Assembly (NCBI GenBank): GCA_036170915.1
Contig: JAVHQC010000030.1
Span: 1-64,000 of the forward strand
Reading direction: 5' to 3'
Source of the DNA: Cyanobacteria bacterium auto_48_18
GTDB lineage: Bacteria > Cyanobacteriota > Vampirovibrionia > Obscuribacterales > Obscuribacteraceae
Length of the DNA: 64,000 nt
A program made the position numbers and the translations under genes. Below are positions 29,736 to 36,521 of this stretch, piece after piece (position 1 is the first letter of the stretch; each line of letters begins with the position of its first letter). The notes below the pieces were generated by a model. The model was not told the DNA's origin, searched no databases, and saw only the letters and a list, made by a program, of their open reading frames with translations.

Positions 29736-30459
29736 CTTGCCAATGTTGCGTGTAAATTCCAAACTGCCGATTGATCAAACATTTTTCGGCCGCAACGCCC
29801 GGTGAACAACTGCATGTATGCCAGGTGTTCAGCTGACCTTTGTGAAAAATGCGCATAAGCTCAAAACCTCTCAGGGTAGCGAATGCAGTCTTCATAGTTT
29901 TAAAACCGCGCACAGGATTCAGCAATCGCTTTAACTTGCCATGGTCCGATTCAAGTCGATTATTCAAATACTTCACTTGCGAATGTTCTAAGTCGTTCTC
30001 GCATTTTCCAGTCTTTTTCATACTTGCGATGGCGCAGCCATAAGCGTGGTGCTTGTCTGTGTTGATTTTGCTGGGCGGGTCATTGAGACCATTCAAAGCT
30101 TTGCACAAAAACTTTTTGGCCATTGCGGTATTTCGTGAGTGTGACAAATAGAAATCGACTGTGCGTCCGCGTCGGTCGATTGCGCGAAAGATGTACTTCA
30201 GTTTTCCTTTCACTTTGATACAAGTCTCGTCGACTCGCCAGGAAGAGTCGAAAGATTGCCGCCAATACCATCTCATGCGCTTTTCCATCTCGGGGGCATA
30301 CTTTTGCACCCACCGGTAAATTGTAGAATGGTGCACTTTGATGCCGCGTTCAGCCATCATCTCCGCTAAATCGCGATAACTGATACCGTACTTGCAGTAC
30401 CAGCGGACACATTGCAAAATGAATTCGCCTTCGAAGTGACGCCACTTAAAATCGCTCAT
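29728..30459 (-). CDS. tnpA: IS6-family DDE transposase
   Basis: FKWRHF...VRWY...SYRDL, WRVDET, INTDK, NNRLESDH. GAGGG RBS. Confidence 0.95.
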   Translation of the reverse strand: MSDFKWRHFEGEFILQCVRWYCKYGISYRDLAEMMAERGIKVHHSTIYRWVQKYAPEMEKRMRWYWRQSFDSSWRVDETCIKVKGKLKYIFRAIDRRGRTVDFYLSHSRNTAMAKKFLCKALNGLNDPPSKINTDKHHAYGCAIASMKKTGKCENDLEHSQVKYLNNRLESDHGKLKRLLNPVRGFKTMKTAFATLRGFELMRIFHKGQLNTWHTCSCSPGVAAEKCLINRQFGIYTQHWQAT

Positions 30460-30497
30460 CACAGCCCTCGATATGCTTTGGATATAGACTAAAATTA

Positions 30498-30609
30498 TTT
30501 CGCATAATGGTAGAAAGGCGAAATTAAAATGCCCAAAGGAATCGCGTTGGTTGCAAAAACAGTTAAAACCGAAGGCAGTTTCGCACCTAAAAACGGAAAG
30601 GCGAAATTA
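30498..30609. repeat. Repeated dyad sites between tnpA and the recombinase (candidate res/operator)
   Basis: TTTCGCA...GAAAGGCGAAATTA at 30498-30526 and 30579-30609. Confidence 0.6.
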
Positions 30610-31284
30610 GCGGCCGTTCAAAAGATAACCAAAGTTGCGCGGCAGCATCGACTGAGTTACGAGGAGTTCGTCTCAGTCTGCCAGCAGGTCAGACTTAAGT
30701 TGAAATTGACCAAGCAAAAAAAGCAGCGTCAATTGCCAGAAATTCTCTCAATGACTGAACTGAAGCAATTTTTTCGCGCAGTACAAAATTGCGAAGATTT
30801 GCAGCATGAGCTAATGCTCAAGCTTTTGCTTTACACCGCAATTCGAGTCAGCGAGCTGGTCAACATTCGAGTGAGTGATGTTGACTTGGACGCATGCAAG
30901 ATATTTATCAACCAGGGCAAGGGCAGCAAAGATCGCTATATTTTGTTTCCATCTGGCTTTCGATTGGCACTCCGAAGTCATCTGAGCGCGACAAGCGAAA
31001 ATATTTTTCTGTTCGAATCGAGGCTCAATCAGCCCTACACCACTCGACGCATTCAGCAGATAGTCAAAGACTATTGTGAGCGCTCTGGCTTAAAACGCAC
31101 TGTTCATCCGCATCTATTGAGGCATCAAATGCTGACATACCTAACTAGCCACGGCATATCAGACGCAAAGATTCAGCTCATTAGCGGTCATGAGAGCCGT
31201 AAAAGCTTGGAGGTTTACCAACATCTCTCATTGGAGTCCGTGGAAAAGGAATATCAGCAAGCGCTTCGGGCGTTCGATGTTTAG
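30529..31284 (+). CDS. Tyrosine recombinase (XerD-like; candidate resolvase)
   Basis: Catalytic R (AIRVSEL), K (GKGSKDR), HxxR (HLLRH), H (SGH) and Y (EVYQH) all intact. Confidence 0.93.
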   Translation: MPKGIALVAKTVKTEGSFAPKNGKAKLAAVQKITKVARQHRLSYEEFVSVCQQVRLKLKLTKQKKQRQLPEILSMTELKQFFRAVQNCEDLQHELMLKLLLYTAIRVSELVNIRVSDVDLDACKIFINQGKGSKDRYILFPSGFRLALRSHLSATSENIFLFESRLNQPYTTRRIQQIVKDYCERSGLKRTVHPHLLRHQMLTYLTSHGISDAKIQLISGHESRKSLEVYQHLSLESVEKEYQQALRAFDV

Positions 31285-31300
31285 CAAAATCTGCGAAAAT

Positions 31301-31317
31301 ATTTTTGCAACAGAGCC
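31301..31317 (-). repeat. Right terminal inverted repeat
   Basis: ATTTTTGCAACAGAGCC, the exact reverse complement of 26989-27005. Confidence 0.95.
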
Positions 31318-31325
31318 AAGCGTTT
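31318..31325. repeat. Right 8-bp target-site duplication AAGCGTTT
   Basis: Identical to 26981-26988. Confidence 0.95.
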
Positions 31326-31485
31326 TATGATGCATCGACCAGGCTTGCCCTGGCCCCAAAGTTTGTGAGTTGTAGACTTTTTCAGGTTGTCGCGACTGGC
31401 CAAGATTGCTTGGCGAGCAACCAGCCGGCCTGAAGCTCGACAAAACGACAAGAGCCGTCAACAATATGGTCGATTTTAAGCGCAC
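31318..31485 (-). pseudogene. 5' part (signal-peptide-bearing, 56 codons) of the interrupted host gene
   Basis: MRLKSTILLTALVVLSSFRPAG...MHHKTL ends exactly at the TSD. Confidence 0.85.
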
Positions 31486-31565
31486 AGCTTTTGCAACATC
31501 AATAAACTAACCAACCCACCAATCACTATCAACATGATCACTATTCCCCACATCTCGAGTATGTG

Positions 31566-31592
31566 GTCACACTTTGGTCACTGAATAGTCAC
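31566..31592 (+). promoter_or_regulatory. Candidate OmpR/PhoB-type binding box
   Basis: GTCAC at 31566, 31577 and 31588 (11-bp period). Confidence 0.5.
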
Positions 31593-31689
31593 CACTTGGT
31601 TTTTCTGCGCCGTTAAGGTTAATGCATGACCAACACCGAGACCGAGACCAATACCGAGACCACAATTTTCTAACAGGGGATAACATCAT

Positions 31690-32079
31690 ATGGAATTAGC
31701 AAAAGAGAAAGTCAGTGAAGTCAGTAAGAATGCTGCGGAAGACATGCAAAAGTATAAGGAAGCCGGACAACATTTATTTGACGATTCTTACCAGTCACTG
31801 ACCAAAAAAAATGGTGCGCCAGATACCTGCGGACCAAATGATGCAGGCAAACTCCTGGACCTTTTGAGAGACTCTAAAGCTATCTCCAAAGAACCTAAAG
31901 ATTTGGAATTTCCACCACTGTTTGGACAAGGGCCTAGAAACGAAGTGATTGGCGAGAGCCGTAAGGACAACCGCGCTACCACCAACGAAGCAAGCAAGAA
32001 TGAACAGAGTACTACCCCTGGGTATCAGCCAAAACAAGAACAAAGACTGCTGCCAAACGCTAAGAGCTTCAGCAATTAG
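31690..32079 (+). CDS. Hypothetical hydrophilic protein, tandem paralogue 1
   Basis: AGGGGA RBS. N- and C-termini shared with the next gene. Confidence 0.7.
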   Translation: MELAKEKVSEVSKNAAEDMQKYKEAGQHLFDDSYQSLTKKNGAPDTCGPNDAGKLLDLLRDSKAISKEPKDLEFPPLFGQGPRNEVIGESRKDNRATTNEASKNEQSTTPGYQPKQEQRLLPNAKSFSN

Positions 32080-32111
32080 ATCGCACATTTTCTACCAGGG
32101 GATAGCGGCAT

Positions 32112-32408
32112 ATGGAAATGGAAATAGAAAAAGAGAATGCCAGTGAAGTCGAGAAAAATACTGCGGATGAAAAGGAATATGGTCACGCAAGAAAACTATT
32201 TGACGATATTTACCAGTCACCGACTGATTTTCCACGAATATCGGCACCTGAGCCGACAATACGCGTGACATGTGACGCGCTTGGTAACGGCCTCAAAGAT
32301 CCTGGATTCGGCCTAACCTTCAAAAAGAACAGTCAGTTTCTCGACTTCGACCTGCCAGTAAAACCAGACCAAATCCAGCTGCCAAATTTCAAAGCTTTCA
32401 GCAATTAG
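32112..32408 (+). CDS. Hypothetical hydrophilic protein, tandem paralogue 2
   Basis: Same RBS context. LFDDIYQS and LPNFKAFSN match paralogue 1. Confidence 0.7.
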   Translation: MEMEIEKENASEVEKNTADEKEYGHARKLFDDIYQSPTDFPRISAPEPTIRVTCDALGNGLKDPGFGLTFKKNSQFLDFDLPVKPDQIQLPNFKAFSN

Positions 32409-33081
32409 ATCTAAGCCTGTAACCAACTTTTGGTATGTTTTCGATCAAAGATTGGCTATCTTCGTTACCGTCATCAATTTTTTTGCGAATGCGTTTGATG
32501 GCGGTGCGAAGCCCTTCAGGACTGGCGTCTGAGTCAGAGACCCAGACTCTGGAAATTAGTGCTTCAGCACTAAAAACTTGATCTTTATGTCGCATAAGAA
32601 ATTCTAAAAGGGCAAAGTCACGAGGCAAGAGGTGTAACTCATTGCCATTTCGCAGAACTCGATACTTCACTGAATCAAGCTCGATGTCGCCGACCTTGAG
32701 AACAGCAGAATTAATCAGAGCAGGTCGCCTCAACAAAGCTCTAATGCGCGCGCCTAACTCCTTAATATCAAACGGTTTAGTCAAATAATCATCAGCTCCC
32801 AGGTCCAGGCCTGTTTGCTTATCAGACGTAGCCGCTTTGCCGGTAAGCATAATTACGGGCGCAGCGCCTCCACCGTCGCGGTATTCTCGCAAGATTTCAA
32901 TGCCAGAACGGTTGGGTAAATCCCAGTCTAGAACCACCACATCATAGTTTGACAGCCGCAACAGATCTGCAGCAAAAGCACCATCATGGGCCACTTCGAC
33001 AGTAAATCGCTCGCTGGTGAGCCAACCTGACACCATATCGGCCAGGTCAATATCATCCTCAGCTATCAAAATTTTAGCCAT
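32398..33081 (-). CDS. OmpR-family response regulator
   Basis: AEDD, LDWDLP, GADDYLTKPF, IKRIRKKI, VGYRL. Confidence 0.93.
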   Translation of the reverse strand: MAKILIAEDDIDLADMVSGWLTSERFTVEVAHDGAFAADLLRLSNYDVVVLDWDLPNRSGIEILREYRDGGGAAPVIMLTGKAATSDKQTGLDLGADDYLTKPFDIKELGARIRALLRRPALINSAVLKVGDIELDSVKYRVLRNGNELHLLPRDFALLEFLMRHKDQVFSAEALISRVWVSDSDASPEGLRTAIKRIRKKIDDGNEDSQSLIENIPKVGYRLRSNC

Positions 33082-33167
33082 GCTCACAGCTTACTAGCAA
33101 GATACTGTTTAAACCAAAGGTAAATATAGCAAGTTTTACCACCCTTGCTGGTGGGGATAAACACTCT

Positions 33168-34988
33168 ATGCTCGGCTCAGTCACTCTCAGATCAAAAATA
33201 CTTATTCTCATTTCAGTTCCGCTGATTTTAGAACTTGCTCTTCTAGGAACAGTTGCATACCTGCAAAATCAAGCAGAAGATGAGGCAAAACGCGCCGAGT
33301 ACTCTCGGCGTATTGCTGATGAAGTGATTGATTTAACTCGTGACTTTGTTTCAGTGAAAGTCTATTTTGGCGAAGAAGATTCACTGGAGCCAAACCCAAA
33401 TTTGGGATTGGAATACAAAAAATTGGCAGACAGCATCGAGAGGCACTTTGAAAATTTGAAAGTACTGACTCGAGACAAACCTGAGCTTTCGAAGTCATTG
33501 AACAGTGCACTTGACTCACTGCGGCAAACTTAGCAGCTGCTCAAAGAAACTCGACGCCACTACCGCTCCTCACTGCACCACGGCGCGGTTGATCGACTGA
33601 CGCTCTGGGCGCAACTGCGCAAAGTTTCTATCAGACTATCAAACGAATTGCTCAATCTGGGCGACGCCGGTAAAGCTGTTGCCGATGCCAGTCCTGAAAA
33701 TCAAAGACGTTTTAGAGAACAAGTACAACTTGTCTTGATTTGTGGTGGAGTAGCAAACATTTTATTGACATTGCTGTTAGGAAATATACTGGCACGCAGC
33801 ATTGCCAATCGATTAATGACAGTGAACGATAACAGCGTTCGTCTGGCACTTGATAGACCTCTTAATCAACCAGTAGCAGGCAATGACGAAATCGCTCATC
33901 TCGACAAAGTCTTTCACAGAATGGCCGATCAATTGAGAGAAGCATCGCGCAGAGAAAAAGCCATTCTTGAAAATGCCAGCGATTGTATTTGCACTTTTGA
34001 TTCCGGACTGAAATTTATCACCGCCAATCCCTCATGTGAAGACTTTTTTGCTTTGACACCAGAGCAAATTATCTCTACATACTTGCTCGACTATCTCAGT
34101 CATGAAGATAATGAAAAAGCGATTGCATTTATAAACAAAATCAAGCAAGGCCTGACTCCAAACGCGCTACCCATAGCCATAAATCGAGCTGACGGAGAGG
34201 TCAGGGAAGTGCTCTGGTCAGCTCAACAAGCACCTCAGGAAGAGAAGCAAGACCAAGGCGAAATTTTCAGTATTTTTCACGATGTCACTGAGCTTCGTAC
34301 TGCCGAACGTTTAAAACAAGAGGTGGTGGCAATGGTAACGCACGACTTACGTACGCCACTAACCACGGTGCGAAACTATCTACAGTTTTTGAGCGACGGC
34401 CTCTATGGTGACCCAGGCGAGAAAGCCAGACAATATTTGCCGGGCGCGCAACGCAGCAGTGAACGCATGATGCGGCTTATAGGTGACCTTCTCGACATCG
34501 AAAAAATTAATTCGAACATGATGGATCTGAACAAGAGCAAAGTTTCAGTGCAAAAAGTCTTCGAAAATACCATTGAACAATCGGCGAGTTTTGCCTACGA
34601 GCTTGGTGTAAAACTAAAAATTGAGCCAGCGAATCTTTTTGTTGAGGCCGATCAAGAGATGCTGCTAAGAATTTTAGCCAACCTGGTATCAAACGCTATC
34701 AAGTTTTCACCCAAGGACGGCACTGTCACTCTATCAGCAAAGAGCACTGGCCAGGTCGTTACTCTGTCAGTTACAAATCAAGGACAAGGCCTGGCACCAG
34801 ATGAGCTCGAGCGGGTTTTCGACAGGTTTCATCAGGCTCCCAATCAAACAGCTCGAACGAGCGGTGGCTCAGGCCTTGGTCTAGCAATCTGCAAAGCGCT
34901 GGTTAGCCTTCATGGTGGAAAAATATGGGCCGAATCAAATCTGACTGAAGGTACCCAGTTTCATTTTGAAATGCCGGCAGCAGCTTGA
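33168..34988 (+). pseudogene. Membrane sensor histidine kinase with one in-frame TAG (33531-33533)
   Basis: ORFs 33168 and 33648 are in the same frame with no other stop between them. Read-through gives 606 aa, close to the 607-aa paralogue at 3009-4832. Confidence 0.85.
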
Positions 34989-35038
34989 TTTATTTGGATC
35001 TCACAACTATTTCACGTGTTTAGGAGTAAATTGATCCT

Positions 35039-35941
35039 ATGGCAATTCAAGAAGCACAGCGTCAGACTGATCAGGTTGAGAAACCTAAAGCCGCCCCGGA
35101 AGGTCAACTAGACTTCCCGGGCTACAAAATTGACGGTAAAGGCGGCACAGCTTTCGACGGCAATACTGCACAAGCCAACAAAGCCCACGAGAAGCTTGGT
35201 TTTCCCTCCACCGACGAAAATCTCAAGACTTTGCAGATGGCTCAGTTCCAGAGCAAAGACATCAAAGACGCTTTAGATAAGACTACGGCAGGCTCAGATC
35301 AGCCTAAACCCCGAGTGATGCTCGACGTCTTCAACTATGGCGCCTCGCCCGGATACGCTCAGGACGTGGCTAACGGTATTTCCAGCCTGCCTGAAAAAGT
35401 GGCGCAAGAATTGAAAGACAAAGGCATTCGCGTCAATGTATACAAAGACATCCACGCATACGACAGGGCCATGGGTACAAACAAAGCTGGTCAGAAAGTA
35501 TTCGGCAAAAGCACCAGTTTAGATGCCCCAGCGTTCTTCGACAGCGGTGCTAAACCACCACACATTGCCGTTTTCGAAAATTTAGGCGACGGCACTCCGG
35601 TTAAATCTTTTGCCAACACCGACCACGGTGGGCTTGCGCGCCACGAAGCCGGTCACGCCTATAGCTACCTGCGTGGTTTTGCCACCGTGAACGATCCAAA
35701 ATTCCAGGCCGCCATGGGCAAAGACGTGGACAATCTCACTCCCGCTCAGACCAAGCAATTGATGCAGGAAGTCAAACCAGGTGGGCCCATGGCCTATTAC
35801 CTGGGCCAGGCGAGTAAAGAAGAGTTCTATGCCGAAGCCTTCGCAGTCGCTACCGGTCGCGGCAGTGACAAACGGGCAGCCGCTCGCATTACACAGCTGT
35901 TTCCTAATACACTAAATTATTTGCGCGATTCGACAAAGTAA
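35039..35941 (+). CDS. Zinc metallopeptidase, anthrax lethal factor/Pro-Pro endopeptidase-like
   Basis: RHEAGH zincin motif, EEFYAEAF, FPNTLNYL. Confidence 0.7.
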   Translation: MAIQEAQRQTDQVEKPKAAPEGQLDFPGYKIDGKGGTAFDGNTAQANKAHEKLGFPSTDENLKTLQMAQFQSKDIKDALDKTTAGSDQPKPRVMLDVFNYGASPGYAQDVANGISSLPEKVAQELKDKGIRVNVYKDIHAYDRAMGTNKAGQKVFGKSTSLDAPAFFDSGAKPPHIAVFENLGDGTPVKSFANTDHGGLARHEAGHAYSYLRGFATVNDPKFQAAMGKDVDNLTPAQTKQLMQEVKPGGPMAYYLGQASKEEFYAEAFAVATGRGSDKRAAARITQLFPNTLNYLRDSTK

Positions 35942-36519
35942 TGCTGAAATCTTGCCAGGCTGCCTGGTCGACTCTGTATTTGAAACTAAAGCGTATACGT
36001 TTTAGTTTTTTAGCAATGCTTCTGGTATCGGTTTTGATGTCTATGCTGATAGTGGCATGGAGACCCGCTGAAGTGGCCCATGCTTCAGAACCTCACCGCT
36101 CGACGACAACAAGCATTACTCGTGAAGCCGACAAACCTCTCACTTTCGAAAAAGTGAAACAGCGGGCGGGGCATTCAAATCGCAGATACAAGGCTGTGGC
36201 TGCACCACGGCCAACATGGATGTGGAACCTCTGGGGAATGAATAAAAGCCAGCTTGAGCGGAAGTTTCCCACTCCTCAATTTAGCCATAATGCTGACTAT
36301 TCGCAAATTCGTTGGCGCGGCACTGACATTTCGTCGGTGCTGGATATTCAGTTCGTCAATGAGAAAGTTGACAAAATTCGCTATACAACACACTACGGTT
36401 ATCCTCGGCCTGGCACCAAGAGCAATGTGGAAATCAGCCCCTGGATGAGCAAGCCCGCGTCCCATGTGCGCGCAGTGCCATCCATTAAAGCCTTCAAAGA
36501 ACAACTCAAACAGCACTAA
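35941..36519 (+). CDS. Hypothetical exported/membrane-anchored protein coupled to the peptidase
   Basis: TAATG overlap, N-terminal hydrophobic helix, basic soluble domain. Confidence 0.65.
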   Translation: MLKSCQAAWSTLYLKLKRIRFSFLAMLLVSVLMSMLIVAWRPAEVAHASEPHRSTTTSITREADKPLTFEKVKQRAGHSNRRYKAVAAPRPTWMWNLWGMNKSQLERKFPTPQFSHNADYSQIRWRGTDISSVLDIQFVNEKVDKIRYTTHYGYPRPGTKSNVEISPWMSKPASHVRAVPSIKAFKEQLKQH

Positions 36520-36521
36520 TT

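Larger units (their letters stand above)
26989..31317. mobile_element. IS6-family unit transposon (4,329 bp) carrying ars operon, transposase and tyrosine recombinase
   Basis: Perfect 17-bp terminal IRs GGCTCTGTTGCAAAAAT, 8-bp TSD, single DDE transposase, interrupted host gene. Confidence 0.95.

Noticed and set aside
30529..31284. Prophage, integron or island integrase
   Set aside because: No phage genes, att repeats, adjacent tRNA, IntI-specific insertion or attC cassettes seen. It lies inside the IS6 IRs.
26989..31317. Classical composite transposon of two IS6 copies
   Set aside because: Only one transposase, and I found no full internal IRs flanking it. The only IR pair bounds the whole 4.3 kb.
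31228..31485. 85-aa ORF, and the 217-aa ORF at 26348-27001, as independent genes
   Set aside because: Both are artefacts of reading through the IRs. They are halves of one interrupted gene.
31489..31498. TTTTGCAACA as another transposon end
   Set aside because: Lacks the terminal GAGCC and has no matching TSD. It is a 10-bp partial match.
31629..31664. CRISPR-like repeats
   Set aside because: 6-bp units with no spacers. No CRISPR array or cas gene was seen anywhere in the window.
33531..33533. Programmed amber recoding (pyrrolysine or alternative code)
   Set aside because: TAG ends several ordinary genes here (for example 13231, 24613, 40883) and no pyl genes are present in the window.
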